Assembly: GCF_009834535.1 (NCBI RefSeq)
Contig: NC_045696.1
Coordinates: 79,734,001 to 79,798,000, forward strand
Direction: 5' to 3'
Source: Camelus ferus
Lineage: Eukaryota
DNA length: 64,000 bases
Within the stretch, counting starts at the first letter, position 1; each line of letters starts with the position of its first letter. The translations under genes and the position numbers were made by a program. Positions 1 to 13,679 of the stretch are shown here, one piece after another. The notes below the pieces were generated by a model, which worked only from the letters and a program-made list of their open reading frames with translations, did not search any database and was not told where the DNA came from.

Positions 1-1744
1 TATTCCTCTGTCTATATCCAAAGTCACTTTTCTATCTACAGAGACCACATACCAGAGTGTGAAAACTCAACCCTCACTAGAGCCACAGAAACTCATCTTC
101 ATTCAACCTGGTGAATCATGTTTTTTCTATTATAGTTTTCATCAATCCTTATGTGACTTCTGGGTCTGCCAAAGGGTCCTGGCTTCGCCTGCTCAGTTCT
201 TGGTCTTCCCCATCCCTTTAAAGGAGTTTCTGCTGTTGCCATGTCAGTTTTTTGGATTTCAGCATTGCAGAATTGAAGGAAAGGTCAAAACATAGGAAGG
301 TTATAACTCTGCTGGTAGACCGTGGAAAGAAATACAGTGGCTGTGAAAGAGGAACCGTGAGCTGTGATGGTGAAGGTGGAAGATGAGGGCAAGCTGGCTG
401 CAGAGGAGTCAAGAGGAGAAGTCTGTGTTTAGGGGTGGGGGATGGAGAGAAATGGAAGGGACAGAAAGTCATGAATGAGCAGAATATCCTCTCAGCTAAT
501 ATTACAACTAGTGAATGTTTATTAGGTGCTTACAATGAGCCAGTTCATTAAAGCTTACTTATTCCTTTTTAAAGCACTATGAGGTAAGAACTTAGAGACG
601 TAGGGTTTTAGAGAATAGGAGGCAACCTAGGATTTTTATAAGTTTTTCTGTGAAACATGGCTCCTTCCTGATATTCTTCTAGAGAAATGAAGAAACAATG
701 ACATTCTTATTTAGACTATACATTTTTGAAGGAGCAATTACTCTGTGATTGACCCATTTGGGTCACAGCTTCAAAAGATGACACAAGTAATCAATTTTAC
801 ATAGATTTCTGATTCCTTAGTTTTAGCTATGAATACAACAGACCTTCTCTTTGCTATCCAATATTGGAAATGTCTTTACTTTATAGGAGTGAAGGGCCTA
901 ATTTAAAAAAACTCTAAAGACAAAAATACTCAAAAGATGATCTTCAGTAAATTCTAAGAATTAAGCCATGGTCATTCTCTGCAGTAGGGACAAAGAATAA
1001 AGCAAATGAAAAAAGAAAAGTTGATTTTTTCCCCCAATAATTTGGGAATATAATTATTTAAACCTAGGAGAAAGACCCCCCCAGGTTTTAAAAGGAAAAG
1101 AAACCACACAATCAGAATTCAAATTTTACTTCAAACTGTATTTTTTTTAATTTACTACTGGAATTAAATTAGTTTTCAATTAACTTCTCTTTTATTGTAT
1201 TTTCTTTGATCCTGAGGAAGACACAAACTTTACTTTATTGACTGTAATTGTTTCTCTTTTAGAAATACTATATCTGGATGATAGTATTGGTAAGTGGGTT
1301 TGCACTTCCATAAATAAATAGATTTACGCTCACTTCAGAGAGTCAAAAGAATACACTCTAAAACATACACTTGAGTACTTGTCTGATGAGGGGTTCCTTT
1401 GTGCTTTGGCTACCCACAGGTTGTCTTGTTTACCAAGACTCATTTTCTTTCTTTTCTTTAATTGAAGGAGTAAAAAGCCCTAGGAATTTTAAGGGGACAG
1501 CTATTCTCAGGCCCGAATGTTATCTTATTAGTTTTGGCTTTTAAATGTGTTTCATTTTCATTTTCATTGCAAAGGCAAACTTCTATCTCCTTGATCTTTA
1601 AAATCATGTGTCTGAATTATTTTAATTCATGTAAGCATAGCATAACACTTTCTATTGCACCATTTTCAGATTACTATTTTTTTTACCAGTTGCCTTTTCA
1701 AAATGATAAAATAAAAAAGCACAGATTTGCATAATACTCATACT

Positions 1745-2370
1745 TTCAAATCAATTTCACATACGTTGGCTCATTTTCTCCCTCCAAAGCTTTATGAGGT
1801 ATGGAGGCTGGTATTATTTTCCATACTTTATAGATAATGAAACTGAAGTACAGAGAGTTTAACATACTTGCCCAAGGGCATATAGCTAATAAATGATAAA
1901 ATAGAACTATAACCCAGGTCTTCTCTTTTCTGATCCACAAAATAATAAATCATATGTGTTTTTTCAAGCCTTAGTTTCTATTCCAACCAAGCTTTTACTA
2001 TTAGATTGGACCAAGAGTTTACCTGTATATAAGAATGAACTGTGTGTTCTAGTAGTGAGCCAAAGTATGGAGCTAGAGCAACCTATTTTTCTGCCTAAAA
2101 ATATTTTCTTATTTGTAAAAGGGAGATGAGGACAAAATCTAGCTCACTGTATTGCTGTGAGAATAAAATGAGTTAACACAAATAAAGGGGCCCCCCAAGT
2201 GAACCTACTTGGGGTGAAATCTTGGCTATTTTGTACTAGCTGTGCAAATCTGGGCAAGTTCCCTTCCCTTCCTGAATCTATTACATAAGAATAACGGCCT
2301 AACTCACAGAGTCTTGAGAGAATTAACTGTGATAATCTTTGCAAAGCCCCAGTACAGTTCAACTCTCAGG
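1745..2370. mobile_element. Cluster of degenerate MIR SINEs (one minus, two plus)
   Basis: MIR core-like motifs such as tttatagataatgaaactgaagtacagagagtttaacatacttgcccaaggg and ctgggcaagttccctt. Further MIR fragments occur throughout, e.g. ~5300-5490, 22170-22340, 45240-45380, 51090-51270, 55290-55440, 62070-62320, 63360-63500, 63800-63990. Confidence 0.6.
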
Positions 2371-4702
2371 TTAAGTGGTAGCTGCCCCTGCTGTCATTGT
2401 CCTAAGTGTTAGTCCTTGTCATTGTCACCACTTGTTTTTGTTTTCGTCTGCTTGGTATTAAGTGCTGTGATTCAGGAATTCTCTCCATCATTCACTTCAT
2501 TGATCAACAAGATTAGTTACTCTGGGGATAGCTGTCCAACTAGATGAGAAAAGTACCTAACTTCTTACCCACTTTTTCCTCATCTTACCCACTGGAAATG
2601 GTGAGATATTTTTCAGAGGCAATAAAGCTACAGTCGTCTGCTCCACCCACTGGGTTCCCACACCCCTTAGCTTGCACCTCTGTAATCGCACTTACTTATA
2701 GTAGGTTTTTGTTTTTACTTCTATCACCTTGAAGTCAGATGACAGCAAGCTGAATGGAACTATAGGTCCCACCAGCAATGTCCTAGGGAACAGGACTCTG
2801 TCCAAATTTCAGGACCTTGTGTCCCTTCTGGCAGCCAGGGAATCAAGAAGCAGTTACCGGAAGCATCCCCTCATATGAGTACACAGTCTACCATCTGAAG
2901 CAGGGTGACTTAATCCAAACATAATAAAGTTAAATGGTGGGGATCAATCTCTTCATCTAAGCGGGTCAGGAACTGATGAATCAAGAATTGACGAAATATT
3001 ATCTGATGAATGAAAAATTTTAAAGACTATGAAAGGAAGGTGAAACTGGAGAAATTTGCGAGCTAGAATTCTGGAAGGATCTGATTAGAATTTTTATGTG
3101 TCTGCCATGGGGGGTGGGCAGTTTTGAGAACTGATGCCAAGAAGGAAGCAACTGTGCCCCACTTATTCTGGTTTTCCCTGTGCTAGACATGGAATGAAAA
3201 GCCGACTTCACAGCCATGGCAAGCCCACCGGCAGCTGCCTCTTAACCCATCCCGGGATGGCTGTCATGTTAAGTCTTTTCCTCCCGGGTTATTAGCAATA
3301 TTTTTCCCATTTGGTGGAGCCCATGATTCTCCTGTGTATCGATGAGAAGAGGATACGGTTTCTTCAAGCAGTCCCCACACACATCAACAAGAAAATCCTC
3401 TTAACTGGACTGAAAATTCCATCGTGGGTAGGTTTCCTGTGTGTGCAGTTTATCGTTGTTACTGTTTCCTTTTTCACTTTTTACTTGGAGTTACAAGCTT
3501 CTATTCACAAACCTCCTGTCATTGATTTTCTCTGTTCCCATGCCTATCTGGCTTCCTTCTTCCAACCTGCCTAAGCACAAGTCACCCTTTCAAAAAAAGA
3601 GCATTCACAAAGGTTTCCTTTCCCCTTTTCCTCCAGCATGGAGATGCATTTTGCACTTGCAATACACACAGCCAATGGTCTTCCAAAGCAAAAATACATC
3701 ATAGCACACAAGCTATAGATCATATAGATCACTGGGACAGATGCCATCATGCTCAAATGGGCCTCAGGAGTAATTCTCTAGGTCCCCTGACTTATTTCTC
3801 CCTATAAATAGTATGGGAATTGTCTCTTGGCAGCTCCTGTTCCCAGAGGGAAGAGCTACTTATTACTTACCTAGGACTCATCCTCTCCTACTTCTGAATT
3901 TGCAAACCTGCTGTAGATGCTTAGCTTCAAACAAGATTTCAACTCTGTCTCTGGTACCCTCACCCTCAGAGAATATACAGCAGACTCTTGCCACAGAATT
4001 CATCCTCTTTCACAGGCATCTGGTCTGCGGAGTAACATACACTACTTTGCTTTCTTGTCTTGGTAGCATTTCCTGCTTCTCCTATTTGAAATGGAATTCA
4101 GAACTGGAGAAGACTGTGAGCATGAGAATAAAGAAGTTACTGTTTTCCTGAGTAACTGCAGAGAAGAAATGGATGTAATGCAAGGATCTTATACGTATTG
4201 GTATGTAAGGTTGAGAAAATGGTGCTGAAAATTACTCCAAGATTTTAGGTCAGAAAGACCAAGAGGACATGGCCCACATGATATTAAAATTATACTACCT
4301 AGAAGCTATCTGAATATTATTCTAGTCATCCCAGAGCTCGGGAGCCCCTAACAGTAACTGAGGAGAGGTGTTACATGTAGGAAGTCTAGGACTGTCACTT
4401 AGTGGACATCCAAAACAAGGAGCTTAACCCCATGTGTAATTTTTCTAAGAGTATGTGGAGCAGGTTTTTGTTCAGTTAATTTTATGTCATATGACAGAAG
4501 TCATATAAGCTACTGACTTACCAATTAGTATGTTAATCAGTTGACTTGTTGAATATATACAGAAATCTACAATCTCTGGCTCTAAGTGGTACTTGCGGGA
4601 AATTCCCAGCCACCTTGATTCCAGGTGATGAGCAGCAAAGATATGGCTGTTAATTTTTACATCTGTTTTCTTATTTTCTCTGAATTTCCGCTTTCATATA
4701 TG

Positions 4703-4705
4703 TAA

Positions 4706-4750
<45 letters not shown>
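4703..4750. repeat. (TA)n microsatellite
   Basis: Seen directly. Confidence 0.95.
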
Positions 4751-4753
<3 letters not shown>

Positions 4754-5871
4754 CTTTTGTATGTAGTCCTAATACTAAAAATGACTCACATTATGTAGTT
4801 TGAAGACATCTGTTATTTTAATAGTGTATTGTCTGCCATTTTTAAGTGACAGGCACCAGTATTTCTTTCTTTAGTTCTTTAATTCCTTCTCTTATTCATC
4901 TCTCTTTCCTTCTCTTCCCATCCAACCTCAGCCTTCTTCTCCCACTACCAACCACCCCAGTTCAACCAGACAATGATGTCTACTCAACCACAAACCCAAT
5001 TTGACAACTCCAGTATTTCTGAGTTTCACCACGTCCAAACTAGAAACACTCACTTTCCTTTCAGAAACAGGCTAAAAAGAAAGAATGATGCACTTTTAAC
5101 TAAAGCTACAATTAACTGAGTGCCTGGGGAAAAAAAATCAATGCTTTATAAACATTACCAATAATCTATTTCCATAAATGAAGAAAAATAACCATTTTCA
5201 TATCTAGTCTTTTCATACCCCCAAACTAATGCTGACTAATGCTGTCTATCATCTTGCATGCTTGTTCTGTATAAGCACTGTAGTAAGCAAAATACATTAT
5301 TTTGTTTAATTCTCACTATGATGCTATGTATGAGATCAGTATAAGTAGTATTACTGACATTTCTCAAATGAGGAAATTGAGACTTAGGATGGATAAACAA
5401 CTTACCTACAAATCAAGAAGCTTGTAAAAATGTAGACTTGAAACCCATGTCAGGCTCATTTTAAAACATACAGTTTTAACGCCTGTTCTCTAAGGCTACC
5501 GGGAGTTTTTTCAAGACATTCAAAATATATTTGGAGGTAAAGATGGAAATAAAATTCTTGAGCAAATGCAATAGAGTTGTTTTTTTTTTTTTTGCCAAAC
5601 TCTACAAATGGAGCATACGCCTACTCCTTTTCTTTTCAAACAGAATTCCATTAAGATAAAAAAAAACAAGGAAAATTACAATGATTTTGGGTCATATTTT
5701 AAAGCAAATTTCTGACATTATATGTTTCAACTGTTAAGTAATTCTGTAAATATATCTACAAAATATAGACATTTAATTGCATAATGCTATTACAATACCT
5801 ACAGAAATCAATTATAATTTTTAATATATAATAACTGGCCTACACTCAATTATTTTTGGACTAAGGGTCAT

Positions 5872-6900
5872 TCTATCCCTAACATTTATAGGATCAAAGG
5901 CCAAATGAGATTCATACATCATAATTAAATATTTAAAATTTTATACTAAATATTTAACCACTAAATAATAATATAAAACTATATATCAAGCTAATAAATT
6001 ATTGGGTATATTATTTTTATTCTCCTGCCTTCACAAATATATCTTTATATAACAACCTGAAAAATACATATACAGCTACGGTTTTTATATAACTGAAGTT
6101 GAAAAAATAATCAAAAGATGACTATTACTACTCCATAGCTGTTTAGATGTATAATAACTTACAGATATGCATTAACTTGTTTATTATATAAATTATATTT
6201 TCCTTGATTTCACTTCAACAGAAATACTGATTTTGACCATTGTGATCGTAATTTAACAGAATTTGTGTTCTATTGATAAAATGACTTGAATAAATTAATG
6301 TAATTATTTTCAAATTATTTCAATTATTGCATTCAATGTCTATCTTGTCACCAATGTAAAAATCTAGTGTCATACTTCACCTAAATTGCCTCTAAATTTA
6401 CATATTTGTGAGCTTCAGAGAAAATATCAATGATTTTTTTGTCGTAAAAATTCCTCAGTCATATGCAACTGTTGTAAATTTCATACTATTTCATTAGTAC
6501 ATCCAGAACCATGAATTAGAACAGGAAAATAAGCGAAATAAAAGACTCTCAATACTACTGAGAAACAATACCTCATTATACTGCAAAATCTATTGCAGTC
6601 ATGCTATCTGGAAGATGCATTTGACAAGTTAATTGATGTGTCTTTTCTGCCAATGAAGCACTTCTGCCTCTCAAATTCTTCCTGTACTATAAAAGTGTCA
6701 ATTTTCGATGTTCATGAAGGCATAATCCTCAAACCTTCACCACACTTGGAGGCTGTCTCCTATGATTTCTAGGACAAAAGACTACAGACATGGAGACATT
6801 CCCTGGGGCCTGAATAGAGTTGGCCACAAGAATAGATGTTTAGGACTGTAGGCCATGTTGTACAGTGCCGAGTGCCAGATCTCAAGTGACAGAGGTATCC
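5872..6900. mobile_element. Fossil hAT-Tip100 DNA transposon (Zaphod/MER115-like)
   Basis: Starts ctatccctaacattt... and contains atcaagctaataaatt...ctcctgccttcacaaatatatc, resembling the MER115/Zaphod terminus as recalled. The interior is AT-rich and decayed, like a transposase remnant. Confidence 0.5.
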
Positions 6901-9079
6901 TTTTTTAATTTTGTTTTTTGTTTGTTTTGTATTTTTGGGTACGTTTGTGCTATAAGGAATATCTAACTTGCTGACCCCAAGAAGGTGACCCTAATTGTCC
7001 AGATCAAGAGTTTAGGGGTCATAGGTTATTTTCAGTGTTAAAGGAGCATCATTGAAGAAGCAGGCAATTCCAAAAGCTTGGAAAAGTCCTTCTGTGTTGT
7101 TTCAAGTTAACCTAATCAGGAATTCCATATATGATTTACTTTTGTCCAATTTGTTTGGCAATGCTATGTAATATTTCAAACCCCATCCATAATTAGCTAA
7201 CCCAGAAGAGTAAATTAGCTGTGGAGCAGAGTGTTCACTGGGTCTCATCCAACACGGGACAATCAGACTAAAGTATATTTATTATATAAAAAAAGGAAAG
7301 CTGATCATCATTGCTTCTATGCAATTTTATTTTCCACTATACCAAGAAAACTCATCAATACAAAACCAGTAACAGAGATTTTAGGAATGGAAATTACTCC
7401 GAAGATTTTGCAAACAAATGCTTAAAAATAAGTTAAAAAAAAAAAAAAAAGATACCCATTCTCCATTCCAAGAATGGGAGATTTATATTCACCAAAGGAA
7501 AACAAACGTGTGTCAAATTGCTACTTAATCCTTGTCCAGGCAGAATTCAATCAGGGCGAGGTGCCTGATCAAATTGCCATGATGATCTATTGAAGTTATA
7601 AATATGACAATTCCCACAACAGAAAAAAAAATGAGCTATCAGTATCTGTATATTTAAAACTACATAGATATTAAAGGGGAGAAACAAGTTACAAAACTGT
7701 CTATTCTATTTCAGAGTCTAGATCATATGAATGTAACATGAAAAGCCTTATGTTGATTACAGAAATTTTGTTAAAATGAGTGCATGTATATTAGTATTTT
7801 CTATATATTAATATAAATGCATACACACACACACACGTACATGACTATGTTTGGGTATGTCTGGATAAGTGCACCAGAAATTTTATATAAAAAATCTGGA
7901 TTGTATTCAAGTAAAAGTAAAAACACTTAAAACAGATAAAGGCACTGATGTATAAGGAAAGACTAAAATAAGTAAATATATGAAGTTTGGAAATAAAAAG
8001 ATTAATAGCATAATTATATTATGCAATGTCTGAAAAAAATTGTAGCCATGAATATGGAGTATGTCTTAATTTGTAAAGTAAAAGAAGAGCAATACATGAA
8101 ATTACAGGTCTTCCTTAATTATCAAAAATATTTCTTGGAAGTTAGAGAAGTAGGAAACAGAATCCAGAGGGAAAAATCTTTTGTGAAATGAGTCAGTGAC
8201 AATTAGGGTCCTCTATACACCATCACCAGTTCAGAGCACCAAAATATTTCTGCTAAATGTTTCCAAATGTGAATTTCAAGAAACCAGAAGGACAGCATGA
8301 GTCATTGCGATGCCCTGCTCCAGAATTCCCTCATGTTTTAAGTACCACAAAATTTGCTAAACTCAGAAGAGAACAAAAACATCTAATTTCCTGTAAGCAT
8401 TTTCTGGGAAGAATGGGGGTTATAATTGTTTGACTCTGTTACTCGTCTTACTTGTACCTATACCAGAGATTCTATGCATAATGAGGATGTTTCAAGTTAA
8501 TAATAATAAAAATGATAGTAATAATAACATAATAAACAGACTTTCTTTTCCAGTCAGATAAAAGAGTTACAAGAGACTATTCTCCTACCCCAACAATAAT
8601 AAAAACAAAAAGTCAGATAAGCTACAATAATCATAGTTTTTAAATTCACTGACGAGTTGAGGACACAATGAAACTTAAACAAACTAATATCCAGAAAGGG
8701 CCAAGTTCTTCATGGAGAAGAGACCCATGGCTGCTGAGGAAGAGGGACCTGGGGTGTTGTTTGGGAGGGGATAAGTAGAAATTGGATACAGATTTAAAGA
8801 ATTGTTAACAGTTACATGTAAGCTGGCACTACAGATTAGAATTAGATTAGATCCCCACCCACAGACCTATCTGCACCTATCTGCTAATTCTTGCTCAAGC
8901 GTAGGGAGCCATATACGAAAAGCAGCGGGGAGCGGTATCAAAGACTGGGAACTAAGAGACGGCCCTGGTGAGGTGTGCAAGGGCACTCCTGAGTGGTGTA
9001 AATCTCCCTCAGAGGTGGGGAAAGAAGCAGGGAGAAATTTATTATCTAAGGAAGGTGAGAGAGGTCAGAGAGCTGAGGG

Positions 9080-9081
<2 letters not shown>

Positions 9082-9114
<33 letters not shown>

Positions 9115-9144
9115 ACACCACACACACACACACACAAACACACA
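9082..9144. repeat. Imperfect (CA)n microsatellite
   Basis: Seen directly. Confidence 0.95.
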
Positions 9145-10341
9145 AAATTACAATTTAGCTTTCAATTAGCAAAGTTAAAGAGGAACCTCCCTGAGGTGTT
9201 CTGCATCTTAACGGGGTTTAGAGCCATAGCCCTCCAAAGGCTGAGAGAGGAATAACAGGTCTAAAAACATCTCCAAAAGGTTCAGAAATCAGGGGGCAGG
9301 ACTGAAAACAAGAGGTAACTCTCCAAAGACCTAACAACCTGGCAACCAGGTTGTAAACTAGGCAGAGATGTCCCACGGTTCCAACAGGTGGGAGCTCAGC
9401 TTTGACACACAGGCAGATCTTTGCAGTTGGCAGTCCTCAGATCCCAAGGCTAGCAGAGGGAAAGTTGTGATTCCATCTTCAAAACTTTTGAAGACAGTGG
9501 GAAACAAAATTAAACTAACGTTGAGATAAAGCCAAACCCAGTTTAACTACATCATGTTGACTCAGTCCCTGCTCTAGTAGCCTGATTTTAAAGTGTGCCA
9601 CTTTCTAGAGTTAAATATTATTTACTTCGGTTCCTTCTCCTCTTTTACATAAAATGTCTGGTAAACAATGAAAAATTCTAAAACAACACAGAAACAAAAT
9701 GTATGAACAACAGATAAGAGAGGAAATAGTGAATAGAATTAGATCCAGAGACATCTCCAATGTTGGAATGATCAAACAGGGAATTTAAAATGACCACAGT
9801 TTTTTTTTAAAAGTTTAAAGAATATAGTTAAAATGGTAGATAAACAAGCATGGAGAAATGGCAAGTTTCAGCAAAAACATAATACATCTAAACAGAAATG
9901 TTATGTCAAAAGTATTATTTAAAAAAGGATTTAACAGCAAACTGGACACAGAAGGCAGTTAACAGTATTGAAGGCAGATCAATAAAAAGCTTCCTAACCA
10001 ATATAACGAGGAAAAAAAAGTAAAAATAAAGTTTAAAAAAACCCAGAAATCTAACATATGAGGGATAATATCAAACAGCATAATACATCTGTAACTGAAC
10101 TGCCAAAAAAGAAAAGAAAAGAAAAGAAAGAATGGGGCAGACAAACTACTAGAAGAGATATGGCTCTTAGTTTTTCAAAACTGATGAAAAAACCAAACTA
10201 TAGATTGAAGTGACTCAGTGAATTGTAAGCAGGATAAATACCAAAAACCAAAACAATACTCTAGGCACATCATAATCAAATTTATCTTTGAAAACCACAG
10301 AAAAAAGAGCATGTCTTAAAGCATCTAGAGAACAAAGGCAC

Positions 10342-11687
10342 AGTGAAGGCAGGAAATACAGCTGTGTTTCTCCTCTCCTCTCATACTATACTTTCAGAAC
10401 ATCTCTGGTGACCAAAGGCGAGAGTCGTTTCTCACATCAAGCAATTCTGTGACATGAGCTGGGTGTCATACAATTCAATTCAGTTCTGACACTGTCTGCC
10501 TGTAGTATCATAAGATCCCTCTGGGTAAGGTCTCAGTCCTGCAAGACTGCACCCCCACCCCCCTTCAGATGCCAATCTCATGTCCAGGTGAAATCACCTA
10601 TGCTTTTGACCAACTGGCCAAAAACCACACATTCTCAAAACCCCCTCACTAACTACATTACCAGTTAATTATAAAAGGACATAATTCAGGAACAGCCAGA
10701 TGGAAGAGATGCTCAGGGCAAGGTATGAAGAAAGGGTGTGGAGTTTCCATGCCTTCTCTGGGCACATCACCCTCCCACCGCTTCCATGTACTCACCAATC
10801 TGGAAGCTCTCCAAACTCTATCTTTTGGGTTTTAATAGAAGCCTTATTGCATAGGCATAATTGATTAAGTCATTGGCTACCGGTTATTGAGTCAATCTCC
10901 AACTCCTCTCCTCTCCCCGGAGGTCTGGAGGTGTGAGGAGGGGCTGAAAGTTCCAACCCACTAATCACACGGTTAGTTCCCCTGGCAGCCACTCCCCATC
11001 CCTAGGGGCTTTCCAGTGGTCACCTTATTAGCATAACTCCAGGGTGGCTGAAAGGGGTTTGTTATAAATAACAAAAGAGACCTTTATCCCTCTTGTTCTT
11101 AGAAAATTCCAAGAGTTTAGTTTTAGGAGCTCTGTGCCAGGAATGAGGATGAAGACCAAATATATGTTTCTTATTATAAATTGTAGTATCTGTCGACTGA
11201 AATAAATGCGCAGCCTAAAAGTTGAGAGTTATGTTTTATTTGGTGGGAGGACTCAAGCCAGGATGACAGCCTCTCAGATGGCTCTGAGGGACTGCTCCGA
11301 AGAGGTAGGGGAGGAGGTAGGATATATAGGGGCTTTACAACAAAGACCAGGTAGTTCAAACAATAAGAGATTACTTGTTATCTAAAGAAAACCAGGCATC
11401 TCAAGTTGAAGAATTTAGCACTTTTCTATGTGTGGGAGGAAGCAAACATTTGGGCTCACTGAATTCACTCCTTTGACAAGCACTTAGCTATCTAGGGCCA
11501 GTATCCTGTGCTTTCTTATTCTGAGTCCCCTCAGGGTGCACCATTGTGAGTGGCTGCAGGGGCTGGGCTGCAGGCTTGTCTTCACGGTGGGGGGCGGGGG
11601 TGGTGGCGGCAGTGGCTGATGACTTGATGGTGTCAGCATTCTTCGTTTACTGATATGGTTTGCAGTACTTTTTGTTCACATATCTCA
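10342..11687 (-). mobile_element. MER21-like solo LTR inserted in L1 ORF1, itself interrupted by a younger LTR
   Basis: MER21-type motifs gctgggtgtcatacaattcaattcagttctgacact and aggagctctgtgccaggaa. Flanked by GGCAC (10337-10341) and GACAC (11688-11692), a 5-bp TSD with one mismatch. Confidence 0.7.
11191..11680 (-). mobile_element. Younger ERV1-type solo LTR (490 bp)
   Basis: TG...CA termini, perfect 4-bp TSD TATC (11187-11190 and 11681-11684), and AATAAA plus a TATA-like motif on the minus strand. Confidence 0.8.
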
Positions 11688-13517
11688 GACACATTACTCA
11701 GAGTAGAATAGTAATATGAATAACAGCTGACTTCTCAGCAGAAACTGAGGCTAGAAGAAAAGGAAATAACATCTAGAAGGTGCTGGGGTGCAAGACCAAT
11801 GCAATGAGAAAAGGAAAGTCAACAAAAAGATGAGCAACTCAAGGTTTTAAATGAAGGCCTGAACATATATTTTTAAAGTGAAATAAATACATGGTCAATA
11901 AATCCTTGCAGAAGCACTCAAAACCACAACAGGATGCCATTTTATAGCTTCTACAGAGGCTAAACTAAAGCCAAAACAAAATAAATTACAAAACAAAAAA
12001 AAAAACAAAAAAACCCACAGCATCATTAAATGTTTCCAAATATAGAGAGTAACTGGAACTGTCATTCTTTGTTAATCAGTACATAAATGATACCACTATA
12101 TTGGGGACTGCTTTGCACTTTTTATAATATATATAAGCTACGATTCAGAAATTTCACTCTTAAGTATTAGCTAAGAAAAATAAAAATATATGAGAACCAA
12201 AATATTTCTGTAAGAATTTTGACAGCCACCTTGTTTATAATAGCCCAAAACTGGAAACAAACTAACAAGAGAATGAATAAACACTGGTATAGCCATATAA
12301 CGAATTACTACTGAGAAATAAAAAATAATATACTACTGATACATAAAACAGCATGGATGAACCTTAAAACCACTATATTGGGCAAAAAAAGACAGAAATA
12401 AAAGAACACACATTGAATATTTGCATTTATAAAAAGTACCAGAAAGCAAAACTAACTATAGGCAATAAAATCAGAAAATTACTGATCAGCAAAAGGAAGA
12501 TGGGGATAGAGTTGACTGGAAAAATATGTGTGGAAATTTATGTGTGATGAGAATGTTCTGTATCTTGTTTTCAGTGTTGGTTACAGTGGTGAACCCAATT
12601 GTCAAGGTAACTGAGGCAAACAATTAAGATATGTGCATTTGATTGTATAATAATTATACCACTGTAGGAAAAAGAAAAATAAATGAATAAATTATTTCTC
12701 TGGAAGATTACTATTATTAATAGGAAACTATAATTCTTATAGAAGAAAGAGATTAACATGACCACTGAATAAAAAGCTTTCAATTAGAATATTCTAAAAC
12801 TGTCTTTGCTGTTTGCTTAAACCCCAACTTTTTCATATTCATATGTCCAGTACTATAATAAAATTAAAAATAGGAGCAGTAGTCATATGGAATTTGTGAA
12901 TGTCCTATCATTCCTAGTGGCTGAAACACATTATGTGTTCAGTAAATGCTCAGAAAGGGCATTAGCCTAAAATTAGGACGTATTGGTCCTATACTGAGAC
13001 AATGGGGTAAAAGATAATTCTAGTTCTCAGAAGGTTTTAAAACCACGTATTTGCCAGCATTCAAAATTTCAACTTCCACTGTTTCCATTATGTCCATTTC
13101 CTTTTTCATCATATATTTTATGACTCTTTGCAAAACATCCAAACAATTATTTGTGCATCAATATCTGTTGATTTCTCTCTTTCATAATTCAGAAATCAAA
13201 AGGAGAAAATACACAAAGCGTCAATCCAATACATTTTTCACTGGCCCTACCAACAGGCATACAGACACTCCGTCATAGATGGTAAATTATCCCTTCTCAC
13301 ATTTAATCTTTGAAAGAATCATTTGTGAAGCAGTGAGGAAAGAAGGAAAAGTCATTACACCCAGCTGGAAAAGTGGAAAGAACTCTGTTGAATTCACATT
13401 CAATATATAATTTCTTGACTAATTTCAATACTTTGTAGTACTACCCACTGAAAATCTGTTCCAACTTAATCTTATTTTCCATTTAGAATAGAAATTTAGA
13501 TATCTCAGCTATTGAAA

Positions 13518-13679
13518 CAGGAATGGCAAATCTCTTTTCTTTCCATGCTTATGGAAAACACCAGTATTAATTACCATACTCCATCCTGCTGAGCCAGGTG
13601 TGGCCACAGAATTTTTCTCACCGCAGCACTTTTGACAGCCACTACCATTATAGTGAGGTGAAATTATCTGCCATCCTTG
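13518..13679 (-). mobile_element. MER117-like hAT-Charlie non-autonomous DNA transposon
   Basis: TIR-like ends CAGGAATGGCAAAT ... ATCTGCCATCCTTG and internal gctgagcc...cagccactacca match the recalled consensus. Confidence 0.65.

Larger units (their letters stand above)
8540..12685 (+). mobile_element. Old L1M element (5'UTR, ORF1 remnants, large internal deletion, 3' end), interrupted by LTR insertions at 10342-11687
   Basis: L1M-type 5' end near 8540. ORF1-like ctaggcacatcataatcaaatt...gacacattac...acagctgacttctcagcagaaac. ORF2 C-terminus and 3'UTR motifs atagcccaaaactggaaacaa and gcatggatgaacctt. A-rich end near 12680. Confidence 0.7.

Noticed and set aside
8802..9255. ORFs with THTHTH runs
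   Set aside because: Translation of a (CA)n microsatellite in an old L1 5' region.
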